NCBI GenBank assembly: GCA_019239775.1
Contig: JAFAZN010000231.1
Location: 12,741 to 76,740 of the forward strand
Direction of reading: 5' to 3'
DNA length: 64,000 nt
From: Chloroflexota bacterium
GTDB taxonomy: Bacteria > Chloroflexota > UBA6077 > CF-72
The stretch's first letter is position 1, and each line of letters starts with the position of its first letter. The position numbers were made by a program, and so were the translations under genes. Under the pieces are notes generated by a model. That model searched no databases, was not told where the DNA came from, and worked only from the letters and a program-made list of their open reading frames with translations. This document shows, one piece after another, positions 9,621 to 19,975 of the stretch.

Positions 9621-11122
9621 GGCAACACGTGCTGGCGTTGGACCAGGGCACTACCGGCTCGGCCGCGCTGGTGTTCAACGACAGTGGGAACGTCGTCGCC
9701 ACTGCGGATTGCGAGATTGCGCAGAGCTACCCGCAACCGGGATGGGTGGAACATGATCCGGAGGAGATCTTCCGGACAACCATCGCGGTGGGACGCGAAG
9801 CGTTGGACCGAGCAGGAGCGCAGCCGCGTGATGTAACGGCAATCGGCATCACCAACCAGCGCGAAACAACCGTTGTCTGGGACGCAGCGACCGGCGAGCC
9901 GATCTACCCGGCGGTTGTCTGGCAGAGTCGCGCCACCGCCGAAATCTGCAGCCGTCTCAAGGCCGACGGATTGGAGCCGCTCTTTCGCGAACGCACCGGC
10001 CTCGTTATTGACGCGTACTTCTCGGGCACCAAAATCCGCTGGCTCCTCGACCGAGTACCAGGCGCCCGAGAACGCGCTGCGGCCGGCGAACTTCGTTTCG
10101 GCACCATCGACAGTTGGCTCATCTGGAAGTTGACGGGCGGTCGCGTGCACTGCACCGACGTGTCCAACGCATCGCGAACGCTGCTGTTCAACATTCGCAC
10201 GCTGGACTGGGATCGGGAGCTCCTCAACATCTTGGACGTGCCCCGCGCGATGCTGCCCGAGGTGCGTTCGTGCGCGGAGGTGTACGGCGAGACCGATGCA
10301 TTCGGCGGCTCGATCCCTATCGCCGGTATCGCGGGTGACCAGCAAGCGGCGCTATTTGGTCAGACCTGTTTTGAGCTCGGACAGGCCAAAAACACCTATG
10401 GGACAGGCTGCTTCCTGCTGGTGAATGCAGGCCACCAGGTGTCAACACTCTCTGGGGGCCTCCTTACCACGGTTGCGTGGCGGGTTGGCGCCGAAACGAC
10501 GTATGCGCTCGAAGGAAGTGCCTTTATCACGGGTGCAGCAGTGCAGTGGCTGCGGGATGAGTTGGGATTGATCGCAGATGCAGCCGAAACGGAGGATTTG
10601 GCCACGTCCGTCGCAGACAACGGTGGCACGTACCTCGTGCCCGCGTTCGTTGGCCTCGGCGCACCGCACTGGGACATGTACGCGCGCGGCGCGTTGGTCG
10701 GCATCACCCGCGGTACAAGTCGAGCTCACGTGGTGCGTGCCACCCTCGAAAGCATTGCCTACCAGACGCGTGATCTGGCAGCGGCCATGCGCGAGGCTGG
10801 CAAACCGGTACAGGTGCTGAAGGTCGATGGCGGCGGCACCGCGAATGGCTTCTTGATGCAGTTCCAGGCCGACATCCTGGGCGTCCCCGTCGAGGTTTCC
10901 TCAATCCAGGAGACAACGGCGCTTGGCGCCGCAAGCCTCGCGGGCATAGGAGCGGGTCTCTGGCAGAGTGGGGACCTCGCAGCGCGGTGGCTTTGCGCCA
11001 GGCGCTACGAGCCAAGCATGGGCGAAGACCAGCGCGAAGGGCTCTACCACGATTGGCTGCGCGCCGTTGAGCGCGCTAAAGGGTGGGCAAGCCCGAAACC
11101 CGTACACTTCGGGGGCACTTAA
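9617..11122 (+). CDS. glpK: glycerol kinase
   Basis: [15 protein letters not shown]...[10 protein letters not shown], 501 aa. Its ATG overlaps the glpD stop (ATGA). Confidence 0.95.
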   Translation: MRQHVLALDQGTTGSAALVFNDSGNVVATADCEIAQSYPQPGWVEHDPEEIFRTTIAVGREALDRAGAQPRDVTAIGITNQRETTVVWDAATGEPIYPAVVWQSRATAEICSRLKADGLEPLFRERTGLVIDAYFSGTKIRWLLDRVPGARERAAAGELRFGTIDSWLIWKLTGGRVHCTDVSNASRTLLFNIRTLDWDRELLNILDVPRAMLPEVRSCAEVYGETDAFGGSIPIAGIAGDQQAALFGQTCFELGQAKNTYGTGCFLLVNAGHQVSTLSGGLLTTVAWRVGAETTYALEGSAFITGAAVQWLRDELGLIADAAETEDLATSVADNGGTYLVPAFVGLGAPHWDMYARGALVGITRGTSRAHVVRATLESIAYQTRDLAAAMREAGKPVQVLKVDGGGTANGFLMQFQADILGVPVEVSSIQETTALGAASLAGIGAGLWQSGDLAARWLCARRYEPSMGEDQREGLYHDWLRAVERAKGWASPKPVHFGGT

Positions 11123-12384
11123 TGTTCGACAAGACCGTCCTGCAGAACGGCCTGCGGATCGTCAGCAGTTCGCTGCCGCACACGCGCTCGGTCAGCATCA
11201 GCATTTTCATCGGCGCGGGTTCGCGTTACGAGAGCGACGACGTCGCCGGCGTCTCGCACTTCCTGGAACACATGCTGTTCAAGGGCACGAAGCGGCGACC
11301 GACCGCACGTGAGATCTCCGAGGAGATCGAAGGCATCGGCGGCGTCATGAACGCCGGTACCGACAAGGAGCTGACGGTCTACTGGGCGAAAGTTGGCGAC
11401 CATCGTTTCGCAGCCACCCTCGACATCCTCGCCGACAGCCTCCTGAATTCGCTCCTGGATCCCGAAGAGCTTGAGAAAGAGCGGGCGGTCATTCTCGAAG
11501 AGCTCGCGATGACCGAGGACAGCCCCGCCGACATCGTCAACATCCTGATTGACGAGGTCGTCTGGCCACATCAGCCACTTGGCCGCGACACCGGCGGTAC
11601 GCCCGACTCCGTGAAGGCGATCACGCGCGACGACGTGATCCGCTACATGGGCCAGCTGTACGTGCCGCAGAACACCGTGGTCGCCATCGCCGGCAACGTC
11701 ACCCACCAGGAGGTGGTCGATCGCGTGAGCGAGTACCTGGGCAAGTGGCAGCCGCGCGAGTTCGCGACCTGGTACCCAGCGCAGATCCCCGACGACACGC
11801 CGCGCTTGCGTTTGCGATCGAAGCGCACCGAGCAGGCGCATTTCTGTCTGGCGACGCCCGGCCTCTCCGCCGCCCATCCGGACCGCTACGTGCTGGACGT
11901 CCTGAACGCCGTTCTCGGCGAGGGCATGAGCAGCCGTTTGTTCCTGGAGATCAGGGAAAAGCGCTCGCTATGTTACGACGTGCATTCTTACGTCAATCAC
12001 TACCTCGACACGGGCTCGACCGTGGTGAACGCGGGCGTCGACCCCTCCAAGCTGGACGAGGCCCTACGCGCCACGATCGAGGAACTCGCCAAGATGGCCC
12101 AGCGCGTGCCCGATAAAGAGCTGGTCAAGGCCAAAGAATTTATCAAGGGTCGCCTGCAGCTTCGTATGGAGGACACCCGCGCGGTCGCCTCCTGGCTGGG
12201 CGGTCAAGAGTTGCTGCGGCGCGAAATTCTTACTGTGGACGAGGTGCTGGAGATTGTTGACGGCGTCACCGCGGACAGCCTCCAGCGGGTTGCTACCGAG
12301 CTGTGGCGCCCAGAGGCCTTCCGCCTCGCGGTGGTCGGTCCTTTCCGCTCAGAGACTCGCTTTCACAAGCTACTGGCTGCGTAG
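11122..12384 (+). CDS. M16-family (pitrilysin-like) zinc peptidase
   Basis: HFLEHMLFKGT (HxxEH) motif. ATG at 11122 overlaps the glpK stop (TAATG); the upstream 13 codons of the track ORF lie inside glpK. Confidence 0.85.
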   Translation: MFDKTVLQNGLRIVSSSLPHTRSVSISIFIGAGSRYESDDVAGVSHFLEHMLFKGTKRRPTAREISEEIEGIGGVMNAGTDKELTVYWAKVGDHRFAATLDILADSLLNSLLDPEELEKERAVILEELAMTEDSPADIVNILIDEVVWPHQPLGRDTGGTPDSVKAITRDDVIRYMGQLYVPQNTVVAIAGNVTHQEVVDRVSEYLGKWQPREFATWYPAQIPDDTPRLRLRSKRTEQAHFCLATPGLSAAHPDRYVLDVLNAVLGEGMSSRLFLEIREKRSLCYDVHSYVNHYLDTGSTVVNAGVDPSKLDEALRATIEELAKMAQRVPDKELVKAKEFIKGRLQLRMEDTRAVASWLGGQELLRREILTVDEVLEIVDGVTADSLQRVATELWRPEAFRLAVVGPFRSETRFHKLLAA

Positions 12385-13206
12385 TTTCTGCTCCTTTGGG
12401 CAGAAAAACGCGCTGCGTTGACCAATGACGATGCGGCGGATCAGCGCGCCGCAACGCGGGCACGGCTGACCTTCTCGACCATAGGCGTTGAGAAACTCCT
12501 GGTTCTCACCAGGCACGCCATCGGAGTCGCGGTACGTGGAAAACGAAGTGCCGCGACGTTCGATGCCCATAACCAGGACGGCCTTTATGGCCCTCGCCAG
12601 TCGATACACCTCGCGTGTTGACAGGCTTTCGGCGCTACGCAGCGGATGCAGCCGCGCCTCCCAGAGAGCCTCGTCCGCGTAGAGATTGCCCACGCCGGCG
12701 ACGAACGCCTGATCGAGCAGCAATGTCTTGATGCGACCCTTCCGTTTGTGGAGCTTGGCGGCGAGCAGTTTCTCGTCGAGCTCGAGAAGCGAGTCTGGTC
12801 CGAGGCGTTCCGCCAGAAACTCGTCCAGTTGATCGCGCCCGTGGAAGAGGTAGACGCGCCCGAACTTGCGCGCGTCCACCAGGCGCAGGTCTTCGCCGCC
12901 TTCCAACGCCACGACCAGGTGCGTATGCGCTTCGAGCGGCATTTCCCCTGGCACGAGCAGCAGATTGCCGCTCATCTTGCGATGCACCATTACCCACTGC
13001 TCGTCGTCGAATCCGATCAGCAAGTATTTGCCACGGCGATCGACCTCCGTCACCGTGTGACCGCACAGCGCTGCTTGCATGTCTGCCTCAGAGGTGTTGG
13101 GCAGCATGCGCGGCCAGTCCACGCCGCGCACGCCCGTTACGCGGCGACCAGTGATGCGCGGCCGCAGAGTGCGCGCAGTGGTCTCAACCTCCGGCAGTTC
13201 AGGCAA
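12370..13206 (-). CDS. mutM: formamidopyrimidine-DNA glycosylase (Fpg/MutM family)
   Basis: MPELPEVET N-terminus and a C-terminal zinc-finger region CPRCG-x16-CPKE (fourth Cys absent). Its 3' end overlaps the convergent peptidase gene by 15 nt. Confidence 0.85.
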   Translation of the reverse strand: MPELPEVETTARTLRPRITGRRVTGVRGVDWPRMLPNTSEADMQAALCGHTVTEVDRRGKYLLIGFDDEQWVMVHRKMSGNLLLVPGEMPLEAHTHLVVALEGGEDLRLVDARKFGRVYLFHGRDQLDEFLAERLGPDSLLELDEKLLAAKLHKRKGRIKTLLLDQAFVAGVGNLYADEALWEARLHPLRSAESLSTREVYRLARAIKAVLVMGIERRGTSFSTYRDSDGVPGENQEFLNAYGREGQPCPRCGALIRRIVIGQRSAFFCPKEQKLRSQ

Positions 13207-14077
13207 CGGCTACCGCCACCGGGGGTTTCTGGCATTTGGGGCAGAAATGTGTACCGCGGCCGCCGACCCACTCCTTCTGAATGATGGTGCCGCAGCGCGG
13301 ACATGGTGAGCCGGCCCGACCGTGGCAGTACGGAAAGTCACGGTCGGAGATCGCCTTGCCATGCGGTACGAACGTCGCACCTTCGCGGACGGCGTAGTCG
13401 AGCACCGCGCGTATTGCGCGATGCAGCCGTGTCACCTCTTGTGTCGTCAGCGAATTGGCAGGTCGACGCGGGTGGAGCCTGGCGCGCCACAGCGACTCGT
13501 CGGCGTAAATGTTGCCGACGCCGCCCATTACGGATTGATCCATGATCGTGGTCTTCAGCGGAATACTTCGACGTCGCAGCTTTTCCGCCAGCTGTGCAGA
13601 CGTGAACTTGCGGGTCAGCGGCTCGACGCCGATGCGCTGCTGTTTGATGAATGCCTCGACCTCGGTCTGCGGCATCAGGTGGAGTCGCGCGAACTGGCGA
13701 ATGTCAGTGAGATAGAGGACTGAGCCGTCGTCGAGGCAGAAGACCACATGGGAGGACTTGTGCGGCATGGGTGTGCCCCACATGGGCACAGGATGGCCGC
13801 CATGGCCTAGCTCGTGGCCGCCGTTGTCGAGATGCACCATCTGGCCAGCCAACTTCAGGTGCACCACCAGGGTGAGGCCACCTGAGAGTTGCCAGATGGT
13901 GAACTTGCCCCGACGCCAGATGCGCTCGATGCATCGGCCGATGAGATCGTCGAGGTTAAGACCTGCGGCCGCGCTGAACAGCTTGGGCTTATGGAGCTCT
14001 ACGCCAACGATGCTCCGGCCAACCAGTCCCGGTGACATGTCACGGACTAACGCTTCCAACTCCGGGAGTTCAGGCAA
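13199..14077 (-). CDS. second Fpg/Nei-family DNA glycosylase
   Basis: MPELPELEAL N-terminus and a complete zinc finger CPRCG...FCPKCQ. It overlaps the downstream fpg start by 8 nt and the polA stop by 8 nt. Confidence 0.8.
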   Translation of the reverse strand: MPELPELEALVRDMSPGLVGRSIVGVELHKPKLFSAAAGLNLDDLIGRCIERIWRRGKFTIWQLSGGLTLVVHLKLAGQMVHLDNGGHELGHGGHPVPMWGTPMPHKSSHVVFCLDDGSVLYLTDIRQFARLHLMPQTEVEAFIKQQRIGVEPLTRKFTSAQLAEKLRRRSIPLKTTIMDQSVMGGVGNIYADESLWRARLHPRRPANSLTTQEVTRLHRAIRAVLDYAVREGATFVPHGKAISDRDFPYCHGRAGSPCPRCGTIIQKEWVGGRGTHFCPKCQKPPVAVAVA

Positions 14078-16847
14078 CTGCGGGTACTGGAAGCGCGAGT
14101 GGCTTCATGTCCTCCCAGTTCGGGCCCATTTTGAGATCCACGTGTAGAGGCGCCTTCATGTCGAGCGCGCCGCCCATGATTCGCACCAGCTCTGGCGCGA
14201 TGCGCCGCAGCTCATCTTCGGACCCCTCGAACAGCAGTTCATCGTGCACCTGCAACAGCATGCGCACCGAAGGCGCCTGCTCACGCAAGAAGGCGTGCAC
14301 CCGAATCATCGCGAGCTTCACGATGTCGCTGGCCGAGCCCTGGATCGGCGCGTTGATGATCTGCCGCAACGCCGCCTGCCGCACGCCGTAGATGCGTGAA
14401 CGGATCTCAGGCACGTATCGCCGCCGCCCGAGCAGCGTCTCCGTGTAGCCCTCATCCTCGGCCTTGTGGATCACCGTGTCCTGGAACGCCTTCACGGTGC
14501 CGAAGCGCTGAAAGTAGCGCTGGATGAACCCGGAGGCATCCTCGGAGGGCAGCCCGGTCCTTTCGGCGAGACCGTAATCGCTCATGCCGTAGAGAACGCC
14601 GTAGTTGACCATCTTGGCAACGCGACGGTGATCGGACGTGACGTCGGCGAAGGGGATACCGAGGACCTCCGCTGCAGTGACCGCGTGCGGGTCTTCGCCC
14701 TGCTCGAAGGCCTCGAGCAACGTGGGCTCGTCGGCCATGTGCGCCAGGACCCGGAGCTCGATCTGGCTGTAATCAGCCGACAGGAGAACCGCGCCGGCCC
14801 TGGCAATGAACGCACGTCTCACGCGCTTGCCGATGTCGGTCCGTATCGGAATGTTCTGCAGGTTCGGATCGCTGGAGCTCAAACGGCCGGTGGCCGCACC
14901 GGTCTGGTTGAACGAGGTGTGCACGCGACCCGTCACCGGGTCGACGAGCTGCTGCAGCGCATCAACATACGTGCCCTGCAGCTTCTGGAGATGGCGATGT
15001 TCCAGGATGAGCTCGATGATTGGATGGGTGCCGCGAAGCTCTTCGAGCACATCGCTGCCCGTGGAGATGTGCCCAGTCTTCGTCTTGTTGCGACGCTTGC
15101 GTTTATCGACTTCCAGGTGCAGCTCGTTGAAGAGCACGTCGCTCAAGCGCTGCGTCGAGCCGATGTTGAACTCGTGCCCGACGTGGCCGTAGATCTCGGC
15201 CTCCAGCGCGGCGGTGCGCGCTTGCATTTCGCGGCCGAGCTCCGCCAGATAGGGCAGATCGACGGCGATGCCGTCGCGTTCCATGTCAGCCAACACGGGC
15301 ACCAGCGGCATCTCGACCTCGTCGAACAGCGTGGTCTGTGACGCTTCATCGAGTTCTTGCTGCAGAATCGGCACAAGACGTTCGACCAGCAACGCCTCGT
15401 TACACGCATAGCTGCCGCAGCCGGCGATTGGCAGCTCGGCCATGGTTATCGCCTTCTTGCCGATGCCGAGGAGTGATTGCACCGACGGTAGCTCGACCTG
15501 CACCTTGGCCCAGGCCAGATCGCGCAGCGCCAGCGCCCGTTGGCCGGACTCGAGCAGATAGGCAGCGATCATCGTGTCAAACGCGAGTCCCTGCACCTCC
15601 ACGCCGTATCGGGCCAGCACGACCATGTGGAACTTCGCGTTATGCGCTCGCTTGCGAATGCCTGGATCCTCAAAGAGCGGACGGAGCCGTTCGAGCGCAT
15701 CTTCAATTTGCAGCTGACTGCCTTTGACGTGTCCCAGCGGAACGTAGCCGGCTGTCTCGCCCGCGGCCAGACCAATGCCAACGAGCTCGGCGCGCATGGG
15801 CAAAAGGCCGGTGGCCTGGACGTTGAAGGCGAACGAACCGTGCTGGCGCGCCACCGCGATGAAGCGATCGAGGTCTTCGGCACTGGTGATCGTCTCACCG
15901 ACGGTGTTCAGGGGCTCTTCGCCCTCTGCCAGACCGTCAAAGAGTCCTGCCTGCGCGCGTCCATTGCGCGGCGGCGGTGGCGGCTGGAATTTCGGGATGC
16001 GATCGATCAGCGACTTGAAGCTCAGCTCCTGGAACATGCCGATCACCGCCGAGGTACGCAGGTCGCGCATGCGCACGCGCTCGACGTCGAGCTCGACGGG
16101 CAGGTCGGTAACGATCGTGGTCAGCTTCTTTGCGAGAAGCACCTGTTCCCGAAGTGGTTCAAGCAAGTCGCGTTGTTTCTGTGGAACTTTGTCGAGGTTT
16201 TCAAGTAGGTTTTCGACCGTTCCAAATTCAAGAAGGAGTTTCTGCGCGCCTTTGTCGCCGATGCCGGCGACGCCCGGAATGTTGTCGGTGCTGTCGCCAC
16301 GAATGGCCTTGAAGTCCGGCAGCTGGTTGGGCCGTAAGCCACCGTATTTCTCGATGACCTTGGCCTCGTCGTACAGGATCGTGTCGGTGATGCCACGGCG
16401 CGACGTCAGCACCTTGACCTTTGGATTGACCAGCTGCAGCAGGTCGTTGTCGCCGCTCAGGATCGTGACGCTGAGCCCCTGCTCGACGGCCTTGACGGAT
16501 AGCGCGCCAAGCACGTCGTCAGCCTCGTAGCCTTCGACCTCGAACATCGGAATCTGCATCGCTTCGAGAACCCGCCGACTCCAGGTGATCTGGTCGCGGA
16601 AGCCGGGCGGCGCTGCGGTGCGTGTGCCCTTGTATGCAGCGAATGCGTTCAGCCGATGGATCGGCCGGCTCATGTCGAACGCGGCCCCAGCATATTGTGG
16701 CTTCAGGTCTTCCAGCGCTTTCAGCAGCATGCTGGTGAACGCGTAGACGCCGGTGGTCAGCTCGCCCTTGGCATTGGTAAACGGCCGTCCGAGCTCTTGT
16801 AGCGCGTAAAAGCCCCGAAACACGAGCGAATGCCCGTCGATGAGCAT
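14070..16847 (-). CDS. polA: DNA polymerase I
   Basis: MLIDGHSLVFRGFYAL (5' nuclease) through family-A polymerase motifs (RRVAKMVNYGVLYGMS, QVHDELLFE). ATG at 16847 lies 10 nt after the rimI stop. The track start at 16946 adds 33 implausible codons overlapping rimI. Confidence 0.95.
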   Translation of the reverse strand: MLIDGHSLVFRGFYALQELGRPFTNAKGELTTGVYAFTSMLLKALEDLKPQYAGAAFDMSRPIHRLNAFAAYKGTRTAAPPGFRDQITWSRRVLEAMQIPMFEVEGYEADDVLGALSVKAVEQGLSVTILSGDNDLLQLVNPKVKVLTSRRGITDTILYDEAKVIEKYGGLRPNQLPDFKAIRGDSTDNIPGVAGIGDKGAQKLLLEFGTVENLLENLDKVPQKQRDLLEPLREQVLLAKKLTTIVTDLPVELDVERVRMRDLRTSAVIGMFQELSFKSLIDRIPKFQPPPPPRNGRAQAGLFDGLAEGEEPLNTVGETITSAEDLDRFIAVARQHGSFAFNVQATGLLPMRAELVGIGLAAGETAGYVPLGHVKGSQLQIEDALERLRPLFEDPGIRKRAHNAKFHMVVLARYGVEVQGLAFDTMIAAYLLESGQRALALRDLAWAKVQVELPSVQSLLGIGKKAITMAELPIAGCGSYACNEALLVERLVPILQQELDEASQTTLFDEVEMPLVPVLADMERDGIAVDLPYLAELGREMQARTAALEAEIYGHVGHEFNIGSTQRLSDVLFNELHLEVDKRKRRNKTKTGHISTGSDVLEELRGTHPIIELILEHRHLQKLQGTYVDALQQLVDPVTGRVHTSFNQTGAATGRLSSSDPNLQNIPIRTDIGKRVRRAFIARAGAVLLSADYSQIELRVLAHMADEPTLLEAFEQGEDPHAVTAAEVLGIPFADVTSDHRRVAKMVNYGVLYGMSDYGLAERTGLPSEDASGFIQRYFQRFGTVKAFQDTVIHKAEDEGYTETLLGRRRYVPEIRSRIYGVRQAALRQIINAPIQGSASDIVKLAMIRVHAFLREQAPSVRMLLQVHDELLFEGSEDELRRIAPELVRIMGGALDMKAPLHVDLKMGPNWEDMKPLALPVPAVA

Positions 16848-16857
16848 GAGCCCCCGT

Positions 16858-17559
16858 TCAGGCACTCGGCAGGCTCCACACCGAACCACCCAATCGAACT
16901 TCGGCCGAACCCAACCGCTCACCCAGCTTGCGCTCGTTGACATCAAAGGTGGCCTGGAAAGAATCGGAGTCGAGCGCGTCGGTCCACATCACAAGCGCGT
17001 CCTCGCCGTTGTCGCTGTAGTAGCGGCGGCGTACGCCCATTTCTTTGAACGTGTATTTGCGATACAGATTCTGCGCGACCGCATTGGATGCGCGCACCTC
17101 GAGGGTCATCCAGCGCGCGCCAATCTCCATACCGCGATGAATCAGCGCCACGAGTAAGAACTCGCCGATGCCCTTGCCTCGCACTTCTGGGTGCGACGCA
17201 ATCGTCGTGATGTGGGCTTCGTCAGTCATCACCCAGATGCCTGCGTAGCCGACGATGCTGCGCAGCTCGGCGTCGAGCTCCACCGATCGCGTTGCCTCGG
17301 CTGGCCTGAGCAGTCGACCCAGTCGCCCCAGGAGATCGTTGGACTGTTGTGGCTGTGCCGCGGGCGGAGGCGCAGCCTCAACCTCATGGTCCCTGAGACG
17401 CCGCGCCACGATGTAGTGCGCCATGCGATTTTCGGTGATCTCGCGGCGGTACGCGTTCTGTGGCCAGGGCTGCGGAAACGACAGCTTCTCGATCGCGCTC
17501 ACCGCCGGAATGTGCTCCAGGCGCATGGGCTCGACGACGAATGCGGTGGCCACCTTCAC
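16858..17559 (-). CDS. rimI: GNAT acetyltransferase, ribosomal-protein-alanine N-acetyltransferase-like
   Basis: IEKLSFPQPWP...GKGIGEFLL...LEVRASNAVAQNLYRKYTF, positioned after tsaE-tsaB. It carries a ~50-aa insertion relative to short RimI proteins. Alternative start ATG at 17526 (MRLEHI). Confidence 0.7.
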   Translation of the reverse strand: MKVATAFVVEPMRLEHIPAVSAIEKLSFPQPWPQNAYRREITENRMAHYIVARRLRDHEVEAAPPPAAQPQQSNDLLGRLGRLLRPAEATRSVELDAELRSIVGYAGIWVMTDEAHITTIASHPEVRGKGIGEFLLVALIHRGMEIGARWMTLEVRASNAVAQNLYRKYTFKEMGVRRRYYSDNGEDALVMWTDALDSDSFQATFDVNERKLGERLGSAEVRLGGSVWSLPSA

Positions 17560-17602
17560 AATAACCCGAAGTGTACCCCCGTTCTAAACGGCGGCCGAGT
17601 AC

Positions 17603-18247
17603 TTATGTGAGATAAATCGCGTCCAACAAACGCGGGTCGCCGGGGTCGCCGGACTTGGCCATGCGCCAGCCGAGCTCGGCCAGAAAACCGGCTCGCCGCG
17701 CACTCGCCGCGACGGGTGCAAGTCGCACCTGCGGCAACGCCGCCAAGCGTCCGCGGAGCTCTGGTTGCATCTCGCCAGTCACCAGTGTGGGATCACTCAC
17801 ACTTGTGATGAGGTCCTCTACCGTTACGAGGTGGGCCTGCTCAACCGCGTGACCATCTACGTACAGCGCAGTGCCATAACGCCCGCGGCCCGCCTCTAGC
17901 ACGGCGCGCACGGGCAACATCGATGGCGCGGCCGCCAGCGCCACGACGTCGAGCGTGCTCGCACCCCACGCGGGGATCCCCATAGCGCCTGCGAGGCCCT
18001 TGGCCACACTCACGGCGACGCGCACACCGGTGAATGACCCGGGCCCGCGAGCAACCGCCATCCCGGTGAGCTCCTCAATTTTCCGTCCAACGCGCTCCAG
18101 CGCCACATCGACCTCCAGCAGCAGGCGGGTGGAGTGCTCACGTCCGGCGAGCCACGTTGTTTCGGACAACACGGTGGTTCCATCAAAGAGCGCCAGACTC
18201 GCCGTGCTCGTCGAGGTGTCCAGCGCCAGGATCAGCGGGTCGCTCAC
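17603..18247 (-). CDS. tsaB: tRNA t6A37 biosynthesis protein TsaB
   Basis: ILALDTSTSTASLALFDG N-terminus, ~214 aa. It overlaps the tsaE stop by 4 nt. Confidence 0.8.
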   Translation of the reverse strand: MSDPLILALDTSTSTASLALFDGTTVLSETTWLAGREHSTRLLLEVDVALERVGRKIEELTGMAVARGPGSFTGVRVAVSVAKGLAGAMGIPAWGASTLDVVALAAAPSMLPVRAVLEAGRGRYGTALYVDGHAVEQAHLVTVEDLITSVSDPTLVTGEMQPELRGRLAALPQVRLAPVAASARRAGFLAELGWRMAKSGDPGDPRLLDAIYLT

Positions 18248-18696
18248 AGCGCGTCCGTCGCCGCGCGTTCGAAGCGCTCCTCACCGCTCAGGTGGACTCG
18301 CCGCGTCTCGGTCTCCACGTCGAACCGCAACAGGGTTGCGCCTTCCTGTACCTGTGGCGGTAAGCGTTCAGCCCATTCGACCGCCGTGACTCCGTCACCG
18401 AACAGGTGCTCTTCCAGCTCCTCTAGCAGCGCCGGTTCAATTCGGTCCAGGCGGTAGAGGTCCACGTGATACAGGGTCAACCGGCCGCGGTACTGCGTCT
18501 CGATCACGAACGATGGACTGCCCACCGGCGACGTCACGCCAAGTCCCACGGCCAATCCCTGGACGAACGTGGTTTTGCCCGCCCCGAACGGGCCCTCGAG
18601 AAGAAACCTGTCCCCCGGCTGCGCCACCGCACCGAGCGCACAGCCCAGGTTGCGCATGGCCTCTGGGCTCGTGACCCGAAGCTCCAGAGTGCTCAC
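18244..18696 (-). CDS. tsaE: tRNA t6A37 biosynthesis ATPase TsaE
   Basis: P-loop LEGPFGAGKTTFVQGLA, HVDLYRL, ~150 aa. Confidence 0.85.
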   Translation of the reverse strand: MSTLELRVTSPEAMRNLGCALGAVAQPGDRFLLEGPFGAGKTTFVQGLAVGLGVTSPVGSPSFVIETQYRGRLTLYHVDLYRLDRIEPALLEELEEHLFGDGVTAVEWAERLPPQVQEGATLLRFDVETETRRVHLSGEERFERAATDAL

Positions 18697-19322
18697 GCGT
18701 GGGTCTTCGCCTCGTCTGCCTCCGATTGGCCATCCGCCGGCGGGGCCGCTGGGCGGGCGTACGTCTGATTGGCGACCACCTCGCTAAACACCGTCGCGTT
18801 CGGCACCAGCACCTGGACGTTATCCACCGTACGGAGTTGCGTCGTGCGTACGCCGATGTTCTCGACGACACCGGTCTGATCCTTGATGCGAATTGTGTCG
18901 CCGACGCGGAAGGGTCGTTCCAGCAGCAGGTAGATGCCGCTGAAGAAGTTCTTCAGTATGTCCTGGATGGCCAGGCTGAACGCCACCGCGAACGCGCCCG
19001 CAACTGCGACCAGGCCAGTCGGATTCACTCCCAGAATCCCGAGCACCCACAACAGCGTGACCAGAATCCAGCCAACCACCAGCGCACGCTTCACCAGGAT
19101 CTGCGTGCCGAGGTCCACTCGCGCCCGCCGCATCGCCCTGGTGGACCAGTTCATCACCAGGCGCGCACTGACGTACGCAACGACCACGACCACAAGTGCC
19201 TGAGCCTCGATCCACCCGCCAGCCTGCAGGTCGGTTAGCCACCCGTTGAGCGGCCCGAAGTTCATCGCCCCAAGTGTAGGCCCGCCCTCTGCGCTTGCCG
19301 CGCTGGAGAGTCTGCCTCCCAC
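18693..19322 (-). CDS. small mechanosensitive (MscS-family) channel protein
   Basis: TM helices followed by FRVGDTIRIKDQTGVVENIGVRTTQLRTVDNVQVLVPN. An alternative start downstream is possible (MNFGPLNG). Confidence 0.7.
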   Translation of the reverse strand: MGGRLSSAASAEGGPTLGAMNFGPLNGWLTDLQAGGWIEAQALVVVVVAYVSARLVMNWSTRAMRRARVDLGTQILVKRALVVGWILVTLLWVLGILGVNPTGLVAVAGAFAVAFSLAIQDILKNFFSGIYLLLERPFRVGDTIRIKDQTGVVENIGVRTTQLRTVDNVQVLVPNATVFSEVVANQTYARPAAPPADGQSEADEAKTHA

Positions 19323-19438
19323 GCTCCAGCGAAGACATTCGCGTCACTGCGTCGAAGCGCTCGACACTGTAGACCCGACGCCCACTGCGCTCCCGAAGTT
19401 AAACCAGAAACGTATCTGGAAGTCGTGTTTGGGGCGAA

Positions 19439-19762
19439 CTAGCTGGGTTCGGGGGCTTGCTGCGCCATCAACAGGCGCGCCTCTTCACCGACACCGAGAT
19501 CTTCACAATCGCGATAGGTGGAGTACAGCGCTTTGTTCACCAGGCGCATGTGCCAGTCGGATCCATCAGCGACGTTGACCATGTCGCGCCGCTGGCGCTG
19601 CAAGTGCGAGAGCCGCATCAAGAAGTGCAACTGAGTCGGCGAATAGGATTTGAGGTTGCTGCCGGCGCCCTGGGGAAGTCGGGGCAGAATGTTTCGGGCA
19701 TTCGATTGCTCGGCCTTCATGCCTTCTCCTCCGCGAACGTTTTCAGACTCAGTTGGGTTCAC
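19439..19762 (-). CDS. hypothetical protein
   Basis: 107-aa ORF with non-Arg-rich composition and no family recognised. Alternative start at M15. Confidence 0.4.
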   Translation of the reverse strand: MNPTESENVRGGEGMKAEQSNARNILPRLPQGAGSNLKSYSPTQLHFLMRLSHLQRQRRDMVNVADGSDWHMRLVNKALYSTYRDCEDLGVGEEARLLMAQQAPEPS

Positions 19763-19975
19763 GCCTGCTCTCGCGTCTCTAGGTACAGTCTACCAGCGAC
19801 TCGGTCCTCTCTCCCCGCTTTGTACGCGGGTCCGTCAACGATTCGCGCATCATAGGCCTGAGTCCGGCGGGGCACAAGATTTGGCCGCGTCACAATCACC
19901 GACGAGGAACGTACCACTGCAGATACAGTATCGACCGCGATTTCGCCGGGTACAGTTGCTGGACTGGAGCGCCAT

